A stretch of 64,000 nucleotides of DNA, taken from Melioribacter sp. GTDB lineage: Bacteria; Bacteroidota; Ignavibacteria; Ignavibacteriales; Melioribacteraceae. The notes beneath the pieces were generated by a model. It made no database searches. It had not been told where the DNA came from and saw only the letters and a list, made by a program, of their open reading frames with translations. The stretch lies in contig JAOACD010000007.1 of the NCBI GenBank assembly GCA_026417975.1, positions 4,994 to 68,993 on the forward strand. The letters are read 5' to 3'. Each line of letters opens with the position of its first letter. Within the stretch, counting starts at the first letter, position 1. Below are positions 51,367 through 61,616 of the stretch, piece after piece. The position numbers and the translations under genes were made by a program.

Positions 51367-52161
51367 TTACTTCTCACCATAAACAGTGATACTTAAAATT
51401 CTATTCTTACTATTAATAAACTTTTCTATTTCATTCATTGTAAGATACTTTTTTAATAATTCCTGAGGTAATGATATTTCATTGCTCTTTTTTATTACTA
51501 CATTTCGGAAATTTAATTCATAAATAATATCAAGATATTCTTTCAAAGATAATGCCCCCGCTATACAGCCAACATAAAGCTCAGCTGGTTTTCTTAATTT
51601 TTCTGGAAGTTCTCCATCAATCACAATATCAGATATAGCAAAATGTCCTCCATCTTTAAGAACTCTGTAAATTTCCGAAAATACTCTTTTTTTGTTAGGA
51701 ACAAGATTTAATACACAATTACTTATCACAACATCTATAGTTTTATCTTCAATTGATAAATTTTCAATATCACCTACTCTAAACTCAACATTATCATATT
51801 TCAGTTTTTTCTTATTTTCATTTGCCTTCCTAATCATTTCTTCTGTTATATCAATTCCTATAACTTTACCAGTTTCTCCTACTAAATTTCTTGCAATAAA
51901 AGCATCATTTCCAGCGCCACAACCTAAATCAAGTACCACATAACCTTTTTTAATATTTGCAAACTCTGTAGGAAAACCACATCCTAATCCATAATCTGCT
52001 TCGGGTATATAACCGTCAATCTTATAGTATTCATTCTGCATTAATGAAAATTCATTATTTGGACTACAACACGATAATTGAGGGCCACAGCAACCTTTTG
52101 ATGACGTCTTAATAATTTCTCCATATTTTTATTTGACTAGGGGGTTTAATTCTTCGCTCAT
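51367..52161 (-). pseudogene. arsM: Arsenite methyltransferase with an in-frame stop at codon 11
   Basis: GLGCG, LDLGCGAG, ISNCV, GCIAG; the upstream frame reads MSEELNPLVK*KYGEIIKTSSKGCCGPQLSCC with TAA at 52129-52131 and a GAGG SD. Confidence 0.8.
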
Positions 52162-52220
52162 ATTGGCCCTCAAGTAAATTAACAATTTTATTTTTTTTAA
52201 CTCAATAACTAAATAAATAA

Positions 52221-52952
52221 TTACTTTCCTCTTTTTTCCAATATTCCAAAAAGTAAAACACCTGCTGCAACAGAAACATTTAGTGAATTAATTTTACCTT
52301 TAAGCGGAATTTTAACAAGATAATCGCAATTTGATGCTATAAGTTTTCTTATTCCCTTTTCCTCGTTACCTAATATTAATGCCAAAGGAAACCTATAATC
52401 TAGTTCTGTATAATCTTTTGAATTATCAGAAATGTAAGAACCTACAACCCAATATCCATTTTCTTTAAGAAGTTTAATTACTTGGTTTAAATTATTTACC
52501 TTGCAAATCTTAACATGAGATAAAGCCCCTGCCGAAGCTTTTTCTACAGTTTCATTAATTGGCGCAGTATTATTTGTAGTAATAACTATTCCATCTACTC
52601 CTGCACATTCTGCCGTTCTAATAATGGCACCTAAATTATGAGTATCTTGAATAGAATCCAACAAAAGTAACAAAGGATACACAGATTTTTTAGAAATCTC
52701 TATTAATTCATTTATTTCATAAAAATTGTAACTTCTTTTAATTGCAATTACACCTTGAGAATTTTTTTCTCCTGAGAGCTTATCAAACTTATCTTTTGAT
52801 AATTGAGAAATTTTAATCCCTTTATTTTTAGCTGCTGAAAAAATTTTATTTATTACTTCCCCGTGCTGACCATAAGCTATATAAATAACCTCTATTTCCG
52901 CATTAGAATTAATAGCTTCTAATACGGGTTTTCTTCCATAAATTTTAATCAA
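52221..52952 (-). CDS. rlmB: 23S rRNA Gm2251 2'-O-methyltransferase
   Basis: IYGRKPVLE, NLGAIIRTA, GNEEKG, SLNVSVA SPOUT motifs. Confidence 0.94.
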   Translation of the reverse strand: MIKIYGRKPVLEAINSNAEIEVIYIAYGQHGEVINKIFSAAKNKGIKISQLSKDKFDKLSGEKNSQGVIAIKRSYNFYEINELIEISKKSVYPLLLLLDSIQDTHNLGAIIRTAECAGVDGIVITTNNTAPINETVEKASAGALSHVKICKVNNLNQVIKLLKENGYWVVGSYISDNSKDYTELDYRFPLALILGNEEKGIRKLIASNCDYLVKIPLKGKINSLNVSVAAGVLLFGILEKRGK

Positions 52953-52964
52953 TTTTTATCTCCC

Positions 52965-53483
52965 TTAGAACGATTCAGGAAATGTAAAATTCTCTTTAGC
53001 TACTTCGAACTTACAAAAGAAACGATTATTTTTCTTTTTAGGTATATACTCTCTCTTTAAAATTATTTCCCTCTTAAAAATATTAAAATGAAATTCTGCT
53101 GAATTAATTGTCCCATCTTGCTTTACAACATTAATAATATAATCACCTGTTAGCGTGTCAAAAAGGATTTCTCTTTTTGCAGGTTGGATTTGTGGTACAG
53201 TATCCATTCTTACAATTAATCCAGTAATTACAAAATAAACAACATTTTTTTCATGAACCAAATCTACTGAAATTTCGTAAGTGAAATTTGTAAATTCAAT
53301 AACTGTTTCAATTAAAAAAGCTAAATATTGTTTTTTTAATTTAGGGTCATATTTAAAGTATGCTTTACAAATATATTCAAGTTTATCAGGTTTTTTAAGG
53401 GGAACAGAAGCTATTATTGCTTCGGGTTTTTTCTTTCTTGTCTTTGGTATTTTGGGTATTTCATCAACTTTACGAAGTGGCAA
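52965..53483 (-). CDS. Hypothetical protein (172 aa) with a basic N-terminus
   Basis: ORF abuts the hisS stop with a GGAG SD and lies 12 bp before rlmB. Confidence 0.7.
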   Translation of the reverse strand: MPLRKVDEIPKIPKTRKKKPEAIIASVPLKKPDKLEYICKAYFKYDPKLKKQYLAFLIETVIEFTNFTYEISVDLVHEKNVVYFVITGLIVRMDTVPQIQPAKREILFDTLTGDYIINVVKQDGTINSAEFHFNIFKREIILKREYIPKKKNNRFFCKFEVAKENFTFPESF

Positions 53484-54746
53484 TTAAGACTCCTTTATTA
53501 TAGAAACTAATTTATTCCAATCACTAATTGGAATATTAAACTGTGTACCATCCGACATTTTCTTTAACAAGTAGAATCCATTTTTAAATTCATCTCCACC
53601 TACAAACAATGCAAATTTAGCTTTAAGCTTGTTTGCTTCCCTTAATTGAGCTTTTAAGCTACGATTAAAATAATCCAACTCCACTTTTAAATCAAAATTT
53701 CTCAATTTAATTGCAAGATCAAAAACAATATCAACAAAATCTTTATCAATAGCTAAAATATATAAATCAAATTTATCTTCTTCGAGTGATAAAATTTTCT
53801 CATTTTCGCATGCAAGTAAAATTCGTTCCATACCAGCTGCAAAGCCTACTCCAGGTATGTCTGGTCCTTCTAATTCTTTTACTAAGCCGTTATATCTTCC
53901 ACCACCACAAAGAGCATTTTGAGCCCCTACACTCGAACTTATAATTTCAAAAGTAGTATTTGTATAATAGTCTAATCCTCTAACTAATTTAGGTTCAATT
54001 TCAAATGGAATTCCTGCATTAACAAGAGCCTTTTTAACCTTTTCAAAATGTTCAAGACTTTCATTGTCAAGATATTCTAACAACAGCGGAGCGTTTTGCA
54101 TTATCATTATATCCTGTTCATCTTTGCTATCAAAAATTCTCAGAATGTTTGTTTGAAATCTTTTTTTACTTTCGTTTGAAAGTTTATCAAAATGTTTAAT
54201 TAGATATTCACGTAATAACTTCTTATAATTTTCCCTCGATTCGGGTAATCCAAGTGAATTTATTTTTACTGTTAAATTCTTTAGTCCAAGTTTTTTCAAA
54301 ATTGTATAAGCCACAATAATAATTTCAGCATCAAGTAAAGGGTTGTTACTCCCTATTGCCTCAGCTCCAAACTGGTGAAACTGACGTAACCTACCAGCTT
54401 GTGGTCTTTCCTGGCGAAACATGGGTGATATATAATAAAATTTATTCAAGCTTTGTTTCTTGTAAAGAGCATGTTCTATAAGAGCTCTTACTACAGAAGC
54501 AGTCATTTCAGGTTTTAAGGTTAAGCTTGTATTACTTCTATCCGTAAAAGTATACATTTCCTTACTAACAATATCAGTTGACTCACCAATGCCTCTTGCA
54601 AAAAGCTTTGTTTCTTCAAATATTGGTGTGCGAATTTCTTTATAATTATAATTATCAAAAACCGAGGTAACAACTTTTTCTAAAAATTTCCAGTTTGGTA
54701 TTTCTTCTGGAAGGATATCTTTTGTACCAGTGACTGCTTTTATCAT
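53484..54746 (-). CDS. hisS: Histidine--tRNA ligase
   Basis: TPIFE, FRQERPQAGRLRQFHQ, VRGLDYY, GGGRY, GMERI. Confidence 0.97.
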   Translation of the reverse strand: MIKAVTGTKDILPEEIPNWKFLEKVVTSVFDNYNYKEIRTPIFEETKLFARGIGESTDIVSKEMYTFTDRSNTSLTLKPEMTASVVRALIEHALYKKQSLNKFYYISPMFRQERPQAGRLRQFHQFGAEAIGSNNPLLDAEIIIVAYTILKKLGLKNLTVKINSLGLPESRENYKKLLREYLIKHFDKLSNESKKRFQTNILRIFDSKDEQDIMIMQNAPLLLEYLDNESLEHFEKVKKALVNAGIPFEIEPKLVRGLDYYTNTTFEIISSSVGAQNALCGGGRYNGLVKELEGPDIPGVGFAAGMERILLACENEKILSLEEDKFDLYILAIDKDFVDIVFDLAIKLRNFDLKVELDYFNRSLKAQLREANKLKAKFALFVGGDEFKNGFYLLKKMSDGTQFNIPISDWNKLVSIIKES

Positions 54747-54766
54747 TAGGAAGGCTTCCCAAATAA

Positions 54767-55240
54767 TTAATTAATATCGAAATATTGCTTTTCTTCATTT
54801 TCAAAAAGTTCATAAATTTCATCTGCTGTTTTAGCTTTTATAAGACTTTCTCTAAATTCATCTCTGCTCATCATTCGAGAAATTCTACTAAGAAGTTTGA
54901 TATGAGGCCCTACCAAATTTTCTTTTCCAACAAGAAGAAAAATTAAATTTACTGGCTGTCCATCTAGTGCTTGAAAATCTACAGGTTCATCTACTTTACC
55001 AAAAGCTGCAATTATATCATTAACACTATTAGACTTAGAGTGAGGTATAGCAAAACCTTTACCTACTCCAGTAGACATAATTTTTTCTCGTTCATGAACC
55101 GATTGACGCATTCCTTCAAGATCTTTAACACGCTCATCATCTTTAAATAAATCCACTAATTCATTAATTAAATCAAACTTTGTTCTTCCCTTCATAGAAG
55201 GAATAATTTTGTCTTTTCTTAAAATATCACAAATCCTCAT
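54767..55240 (-). CDS. PTS IIA domain protein (PtsN/fructose-type)
   Basis: EREKIMSTGVGKGFAIPH, DGQPVNLIFL; start moved to ATG 55240. Confidence 0.88.
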   Translation of the reverse strand: MRICDILRKDKIIPSMKGRTKFDLINELVDLFKDDERVKDLEGMRQSVHEREKIMSTGVGKGFAIPHSKSNSVNDIIAAFGKVDEPVDFQALDGQPVNLIFLLVGKENLVGPHIKLLSRISRMMSRDEFRESLIKAKTADEIYELFENEEKQYFDIN

Positions 55241-55272
55241 TATGATTCCAAATTTAGTTAAACTTCTAATTA

Positions 55273-55280
55273 CAAATTTA
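55273..55280 (-). promoter_or_regulatory. TAnnTTTG promoter element (second copy at 55249-55256)
   Basis: TAAATTTG on minus, 33 nt upstream of ATG 55240. Confidence 0.45.
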
Positions 55281-55396
55281 AGAAAGGATGTTTCCTTAAG
55301 CAATGAAATTAAAATTAAGCTAAGTTTTTATTTTGTTGAAGTGATGGTTTACAAGCAGTAATTTGTCTATAAAGAAAATATTAAAATGGAGTTTTT

Positions 55397-57097
55397 ATGG
55401 ATATACAAAACAAAATAGTATTAGTATTAGGGGGCTGGGGATTAGTTGGAAATGCTGTAGTAAGAAAACTTATCCCCGAAAAACCAAAAAAGATAATTGT
55501 AACATCACTAAAAAAAGAAGAAGCAGAAGAAGCTGTTGAAAAACTAAAATCGGATTTTCCAAATCTTCCTAGTGATTATTTTATACCATGGTGGGGAAAT
55601 ATTTTCGTAAGATACGAATTCAAAGATGCTAATAGAGAAGAATTATTAAGTAATCCTGTTACAAGAAAAATTATTATGCAAGATATTATGGAAGAATTAA
55701 ATGATGATATTCTACAAAGTTCTTCTATATACAATTTGTTAATGGAATTTAAGCCAGAAATTATAATTGACTGTGTTAACTCTGCAACTGCAATAGCTTA
55801 TCAAGATGTTTATTCAAGATACTACAGAATTAAAAAGCTATTAGAATCAAAACCTTCTGTAGAAATATTAGCGGAAGAAACTGAAAAAATTTTTTGTACA
55901 GAATACATACCCCAATTAATTCGTCACGTTCAAATTCTTTATAACTCAATGAACAAAGCAGGCACAAAAATTTACGTTAAAATTGGGACAAGCGGAACTG
56001 GAGGTATGGGACTAAACATTCCCTACACACATAGCGAAGAAAAACCCTCTCGTGTATTATTAAGCAAATCTGCCGTTGCAGGAGCTCATACATTATTACT
56101 TTTCTTAATGGGAAGAACTCCTGATGGACCAATTACTAAAGAAATTAAACCTACAGCTGCTATAGCATGGAAAAGAATCGAATTCGGTGAAATAAAGAAA
56201 GCAGGTAAACCAATAGAATTGCTCGATGTATCACTTGACGAAGCGATTCAACTAAATGGGAAATTAAAACTGGTCCTTGATAAAAAATTTAAAACTTCGG
56301 GAGAAAATTTGAAATCTGTTTTTATCGACACAGGAGAAAACGGAACTTTTTCTCTTGGCGAATTTGAATCAATAACAACACAAGGGCAAATGGAATATGT
56401 TACGCCAGAAGAAATTGCTGATGACGTAATTTATGAAATTAAGGGAGGTAATACTGGACACGACATAATTAATGCTCTTGATAATGCCACTTTAGAGCCT
56501 ACCTATCGTGCTGGATTTTTACAGCATTCAGCAATAGAAAAATTAAAAGAACTTGAAAAAATTCATAATGTAAGTAGCGTCGCATTTGAACTTTTAGGAC
56601 CTCCTAGATTATCAAAACTCCTTCATGAAATTAACTTACTTAAAATAGTTTGTGGAACAATGAAACAAATTCTAAAAGAAACCCCTGAAGAATTATCAAG
56701 AAAAGCTTTTGAACATATAAAACAAAACTCAAAATTAAGAAACGAAATCATTTCTATTGGAATACCTATTTTGCTGCCTGACGGGAAATCTATTCTAAGA
56801 GGTAATGAAATAAAAATTCCTCCATATAGAGGCGAAAATGAATTAGAAATAACAGATGAAAAAATAGAATTATGGGCTCATGATGGGTGGGTAGATCTTA
56901 GACCAAAAAGCATGATGATGTGGCAATTAAGAATAAAAACAATTATTGAAGAAGCAGAATCTATTCCACCTAATGATACTAGTTCTATGTTTGTAAGAAC
57001 AAAAAAATATTGGAATAATTTTGAAGCAATTGACATTGGAAAAGTTGTAGGCTGGATATTCAGCAAAGAAGAAAAAGGAGAAAGAATGAAAGCATAA
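55397..57097 (+). CDS. Uncharacterised large Rossmann-fold (SDR-like) protein, 566 aa
   Basis: LGGWGLVG dinucleotide-binding motif, IIDCVNSAT, GTSGTGGMGLNIPYTHSEE; GGAG SD. Confidence 0.75.
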   Translation: MDIQNKIVLVLGGWGLVGNAVVRKLIPEKPKKIIVTSLKKEEAEEAVEKLKSDFPNLPSDYFIPWWGNIFVRYEFKDANREELLSNPVTRKIIMQDIMEELNDDILQSSSIYNLLMEFKPEIIIDCVNSATAIAYQDVYSRYYRIKKLLESKPSVEILAEETEKIFCTEYIPQLIRHVQILYNSMNKAGTKIYVKIGTSGTGGMGLNIPYTHSEEKPSRVLLSKSAVAGAHTLLLFLMGRTPDGPITKEIKPTAAIAWKRIEFGEIKKAGKPIELLDVSLDEAIQLNGKLKLVLDKKFKTSGENLKSVFIDTGENGTFSLGEFESITTQGQMEYVTPEEIADDVIYEIKGGNTGHDIINALDNATLEPTYRAGFLQHSAIEKLKELEKIHNVSSVAFELLGPPRLSKLLHEINLLKIVCGTMKQILKETPEELSRKAFEHIKQNSKLRNEIISIGIPILLPDGKSILRGNEIKIPPYRGENELEITDEKIELWAHDGWVDLRPKSMMMWQLRIKTIIEEAESIPPNDTSSMFVRTKKYWNNFEAIDIGKVVGWIFSKEEKGERMKA

Positions 57098-57131
57098 TTT
57101 TCACTAAAAAAAGAACATGATATTTTTTTAA

Positions 57132-57488
57132 CTAAAAACTCGTTTTATAATTGTTAAATTCCTTTTTTAATAATTCATTAATTACTGTATATCTAGTTTT
57201 TTTATTCTGCTCTGTAGGATTTAACAATAAATTTTTATTTATATAATTCGATTTTTTTATATACCTTATGTTTAGGCTTTGTTGCTGTTCTATCTTATTT
57301 AATCTGTATGGATTATTTTTAATTAAAGAAACATAAGGTTGTAAGTAATTAACTTCGATGTTATTTTTAGGAAGTTTAGATTTCTTTCTAAAACGTATTT
57401 TTGATATAAAATATGTTGAAATTAATACAATGAATAATATCGCAATCAAAATTTTCAAACCTTCATATATAATATCAATAAATTCCAT
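57132..57488 (-). CDS. Hypothetical single-TM protein
   Basis: ATG start, N-terminal hydrophobic helix, basic stretch. Confidence 0.55.
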   Translation of the reverse strand: MEFIDIIYEGLKILIAILFIVLISTYFISKIRFRKKSKLPKNNIEVNYLQPYVSLIKNNPYRLNKIEQQQSLNIRYIKKSNYINKNLLLNPTEQNKKTRYTVINELLKKEFNNYKTSF

Positions 57489-57662
57489 TAAGATTCGAGT
57501 TAATGAGTTTTTGTTTTTTTCTCAATATTAATGCCAGTGCTATAGTTTTAATTTTTTTAAATAAGGTGTTAACGCATTAAATAAATCAGTTTCAAATTGA
57601 GATTAATGACTACATGTAATACATAATTTATTATCTATCATAAAAAAATTGGAGCTATAAAG

Positions 57663-58175
57663 ATGGACCCAAGAATTGAAATTGTTAAAGGTGACATTAC
57701 TAAATTACAAGTTGATGCAATTGTAAATGCAGCCAATAGCACATTATTAGGAGGTGGTGGAGTTGATGGGGCTATCCATAGAGCAGCAGGACCTCAATTA
57801 TTAGAAGAGTGCAAAAAATTAGGTGGTTGCCCAACTGGCGAAGCAAAAATCACTAAAGGTTATAATCTGCCAGCAAAATATGTTATACATACTGTAGGTC
57901 CTGTATGGAATGGAGGTAATAATAACGAAGATGAATTACTATCTAATTGTTACAAAAACTCCTTAAAGCTTGCTATAGAAAATAAAATAAAAACAATTGC
58001 TTTCCCATCAATTAGCACAGGCGCTTATAGATTCCCTGTCGAACGAGCTTCAAGAATTGCATTTAAAACTGTAACAGAATTTTTATCAAATCATAGTGAA
58101 ATTGAAAAAGTAATTTTCTGTTGTTTTGATGAAAAAACTTTTGAAATTTATAAACAACTTTCTTATTTGGAATAA
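57663..58175 (+). CDS. ymdB: Macrodomain O-acetyl-ADP-ribose deacetylase
   Basis: [33 protein letters not shown]. Confidence 0.92.
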   Translation: MDPRIEIVKGDITKLQVDAIVNAANSTLLGGGGVDGAIHRAAGPQLLEECKKLGGCPTGEAKITKGYNLPAKYVIHTVGPVWNGGNNNEDELLSNCYKNSLKLAIENKIKTIAFPSISTGAYRFPVERASRIAFKTVTEFLSNHSEIEKVIFCCFDEKTFEIYKQLSYLE

Positions 58176-58206
58176 AACTAATTTAGTCAATATGATATTT
58201 TTGCAA

Positions 58207-59250
58207 TTAACAATCTAAGCCTTTAGTAAGTTCTGAGTATCTTTTTTGAACAATTTCCCATACATAATCAACCGTTAATAATTCCATAGCCTTTTTCTCA
58301 TCGTCCTCTGAGTAATGTTCTAGGACTAACGGAGATTTAATGTTGATGTGCAAATTACCGTAGGCTCCCCAATCATCAGGATGAGAAGAACCAAGAAGTG
58401 CTATGGTAGGAGTTTTAACAGCAACTGCAACATTCATAGGACCTGTACAATTAGAAAAAAACATAAAAGAATTTTTAATCAAAGCTGCAAGCTGTCCAAC
58501 AGTTCTAGTTTGAGGCGCTCTAATAGCACCATTTCCAATTTTAGATAAAACAAAGTCAACAAGTTCTCTTTCTTTCTCTCCCCAAGTCAATAAAATTTTA
58601 ACACCAAAATTTTTTATTAACCTTTTTGACACTTCCGCAAATCTTTCTGGCATCCAAGCCTTTGTAATTTTGCTTGCTCCAGGATGAACACAAACAGTTT
58701 TCTTTGTTTCTAATCCTATCATTTCGAAAAAATTGTCTGCATATTTTTGTTCTTCCTCTGAAATATAAATAACTGGATTTTCATCAATTACATTACATCC
58801 AATCGATTTTACAATATCAAGATTGCGATGAATTTCATGATAACGCCCGTTTGGATGTTTAATTTTAATTGTATACAAATTCATTAATCTTTTTGGTCCA
58901 CTGCTTACTGTTTCTTTAGCTCCGCATAGATATGTAAAAATAGCAGCTCTTTCTGAGGTCCATTTTAAATTAATTGCCAGATCAAACTTTTTCTTCCGAA
59001 GTTGCTGTAAAACCAGTAATTGTTTGAATAATGAGTCTGTAAGTTTGTTTTTATTTGTACTTACAATTATATGTTCATCTACTATAAATTTTGGGGGGAC
59101 AATTTGACTCATTAAACTATTTGTCAAAAGTGTAATATGTGCTTTAGGAAAATTATCTCTTACTGCCTTTATTGCAGGAGTACTAGCAATTAAATCACCA
59201 AGTGCTCCCCACTTAATAATTAAAATATTTCGAATATTCTCTTTAATCAC
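58207..59250 (-). CDS. GT9 glycosyltransferase (LPS heptosyltransferase-like)
   Basis: ALGDL...TP, HPGAS...KAW, NCTGPMNVAVA. Confidence 0.88.
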   Translation of the reverse strand: MIKENIRNILIIKWGALGDLIASTPAIKAVRDNFPKAHITLLTNSLMSQIVPPKFIVDEHIIVSTNKNKLTDSLFKQLLVLQQLRKKKFDLAINLKWTSERAAIFTYLCGAKETVSSGPKRLMNLYTIKIKHPNGRYHEIHRNLDIVKSIGCNVIDENPVIYISEEEQKYADNFFEMIGLETKKTVCVHPGASKITKAWMPERFAEVSKRLIKNFGVKILLTWGEKERELVDFVLSKIGNGAIRAPQTRTVGQLAALIKNSFMFFSNCTGPMNVAVAVKTPTIALLGSSHPDDWGAYGNLHINIKSPLVLEHYSEDDEKKAMELLTVDYVWEIVQKRYSELTKGLDC

Positions 59251-60322
59251 AGCAAAAAATTTCTTCTATTTTTTTATAAACGTCTTCAACATTAATAAAT
59301 CCAAGATACTTATAGCCATTATCATTTATTCTTTTACCAATAAAAGTAAAATGTTTTTGTTGCACAGAATAAAAGTCCCAGCACTTTACATTATCTTCCG
59401 GTAAAAGTGCAATAACTGGAATTTTTAATGCAACTGCAAGATGCCTTGTGCTTGTATCGTTTGTTACAAGTAAAAAAGATTTTTTTAATAAAGCTGCAGA
59501 TTTCAGTATACTTCTTGACTCATAGTAAACTAAATAATCACTTTTTATTTCTTTTAGAATTTCTTCGCAAATTTTTTTATCGTTTGGTCCGGAAAGTAAT
59601 AAAATTTTTATATCGTTTTTTTTTGTAAGTAATTTTATAAGATTAACAAAATTTTCAGCTGCCCATATTTTAGAAGATTCACTTGCTCCAGGATGAATAC
59701 AAACAATTTTAAAATTATTCAATTGATTTTCAATAAAAAATTCCTTTGACCATTCTTCTTCTTCATCAGAAATAAAAAATTCTGTTTCCTTATGAATATC
59801 CTTTACATCAAATGCTGAAATTATTTTGTTATAATAATCTATATAACTTATAGTATCTTCATATATATCTACTTTGCAATTATATAAAAAATGAAAAGTT
59901 TGTTTTCTTGGAGCAATTCTAATTTTAGCTCCAGAAAACCATGCAAGAAAAGCAATTCTATCTCCTGGATGCAAAGCAATAAAAACGTCAAATCTTTCTT
60001 TTCGTATCTTCAAAATAAGTTTAATTCCATCTATTAACTTCTTCAAATTTTTTTTGCCTTTTAACGAAGTATTAAAAGTTAGTACTTTATTTATATTTGG
60101 GTTATAACGAAATACGTCTTTAAATTCTTCGCGAACTAAAACTGATATCTCAGCTAAAGGATATTTTTTACGAAGTGCATTAAGGGGAGCAGTAGAGATT
60201 ATCAAATCACCTAAATGTTTTATATTAACTACTAATATCTTCAAAGCTGATTTATTAAAGTGCACAAGTTTAAAAATATCTTTACACTTCTTTATACTTA
60301 TGTTATAAACATCCTCAAGCAA
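59243..60322 (-). CDS. GT9 glycosyltransferase (LPS heptosyltransferase-like)
   Basis: HLGDL, HPGAS...KIW, NDTSTRHLAVA. Confidence 0.88.
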   Translation of the reverse strand: MLEDVYNISIKKCKDIFKLVHFNKSALKILVVNIKHLGDLIISTAPLNALRKKYPLAEISVLVREEFKDVFRYNPNINKVLTFNTSLKGKKNLKKLIDGIKLILKIRKERFDVFIALHPGDRIAFLAWFSGAKIRIAPRKQTFHFLYNCKVDIYEDTISYIDYYNKIISAFDVKDIHKETEFFISDEEEEWSKEFFIENQLNNFKIVCIHPGASESSKIWAAENFVNLIKLLTKKNDIKILLLSGPNDKKICEEILKEIKSDYLVYYESRSILKSAALLKKSFLLVTNDTSTRHLAVALKIPVIALLPEDNVKCWDFYSVQQKHFTFIGKRINDNGYKYLGFINVEDVYKKIEEIFCCD

Positions 60323-60384
60323 TATACATAATAGAGAATTATTTCATTAAAAAAATCGATGCAAAAGCTTAAATTAACCAAAAA

Positions 60385-61602
60385 TTACTTATAAATAGCT
60401 GTAAATTGTTCTGTTACTATTTTTTCTGTATCCAGTGCAATTACTAATTCTTCATTTGTTGGAATTCTAAAGACTTTTACTTTAGAATCATCTGAAGAAA
60501 TTAAACATTCACCATTTACATTTTCGTTTTTATATTCATCTAATTTAATTCCTAAATATTCCATATTAGAACATACCTCTTTTCTAACCATAACTGAATT
60601 TTCTCCTATGCCACCAGTAAACACAAGTGCATCTAATCCACCCATTGCTGCAATGTAAGCTCCAATATATTTTTTAATACGATACGTAAAAACATCAAAT
60701 GCATTTTTCGCTTTCTTGTTTCCTTCGTTAATTGCGTTTTCAATTTCACGCATATCGCTACTTTCACCACTTATTCCAATTAATCCACTATGTTTATTTA
60801 AAAGTGTATTAGCTTCGGAAAGAGATAATCCTTCTTTAGCCATAATGTAAAGGATTACAGAAGGGTCTATATCACCACTTCTAGTTCCCATAATTAATCC
60901 TTCAAGTGGCGTAAATCCCATAGTTGTATCTACTGATATACCACCATCTACTGCAGCCATTGAGCAACCATTTCCTAAATGTGCGGTAATAATTTTTAGT
61001 TGCTCAATAGGTTTACCCATCAGAAATGATGCTCTCTCAGACACATAACGATGAGATGTTCCATGAAACCCATACCTTCTAATTTTGTATTTTCTATAGA
61101 GTTCATAAGGGATTCCATACAAGTAAGCTTTTGGTGGCATCTTAGCATGAAAGGCGGTATCGAATACTCCTACTTGTGGAATATTTGGCAAATGTTCTTT
61201 TGCTGCTAATATTCCTTTAATATTTGGAGGATTATGAAGTGGTGCTAATTCTATATTTTCTTTTATAGCATTCATCACTTCGTCAGTAATTAGAACCGAG
61301 CCAGAAAAAGTTTCACCACCGTGAACAACACGATGTCCTACTGCATCAATTTCTTTTTTATCTCTAATTACACCATGATTGGGACTAAGTAAAACAGCTA
61401 TTACATATTCAATAGCAATTGAATGATCTAAAATTTCTCCAACAATTCTTATTTTTTCTTTACCATAAGGTGTATGAGTTAATACAGCGCTCGACATTCC
61501 AATTCTTTCAACCATACCTTTTGCTAATGCAATTTTTGACGTTGTATCGATAAATTGATATTTTATTGACGAACTTCCGCAATTTAGAACTAATACTTTC
61601 AT
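60385..61602 (-). CDS. ackA: Acetate kinase
   Basis: LNCGSSS, GHRVVHGG, APLHN, FDTAFH, HLGNG, FTGGIGE, TNEE. Confidence 0.97.
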   Translation of the reverse strand: MKVLVLNCGSSSIKYQFIDTTSKIALAKGMVERIGMSSAVLTHTPYGKEKIRIVGEILDHSIAIEYVIAVLLSPNHGVIRDKKEIDAVGHRVVHGGETFSGSVLITDEVMNAIKENIELAPLHNPPNIKGILAAKEHLPNIPQVGVFDTAFHAKMPPKAYLYGIPYELYRKYKIRRYGFHGTSHRYVSERASFLMGKPIEQLKIITAHLGNGCSMAAVDGGISVDTTMGFTPLEGLIMGTRSGDIDPSVILYIMAKEGLSLSEANTLLNKHSGLIGISGESSDMREIENAINEGNKKAKNAFDVFTYRIKKYIGAYIAAMGGLDALVFTGGIGENSVMVRKEVCSNMEYLGIKLDEYKNENVNGECLISSDDSKVKVFRIPTNEELVIALDTEKIVTEQFTAIYK

Positions 61603-61616
61603 ATCAACCTCTTAAT

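Noticed and set aside
52129-52131. Selenocysteine or pyrrolysine recoding of the arsM internal stop
   Set aside because: The stop is TAA, not TGA or TAG, and falls at a position that is normally Glu
50121-52161. Opine metallophore (CntL/CntM staphylopine-type) cluster suggested by a SAM enzyme next to an opine dehydrogenase
   Set aside because: The SAM enzyme has ArsM motifs rather than nicotianamine-synthase features, is interrupted, and is separated by a promoter-like gap; no exporter or importer nearby
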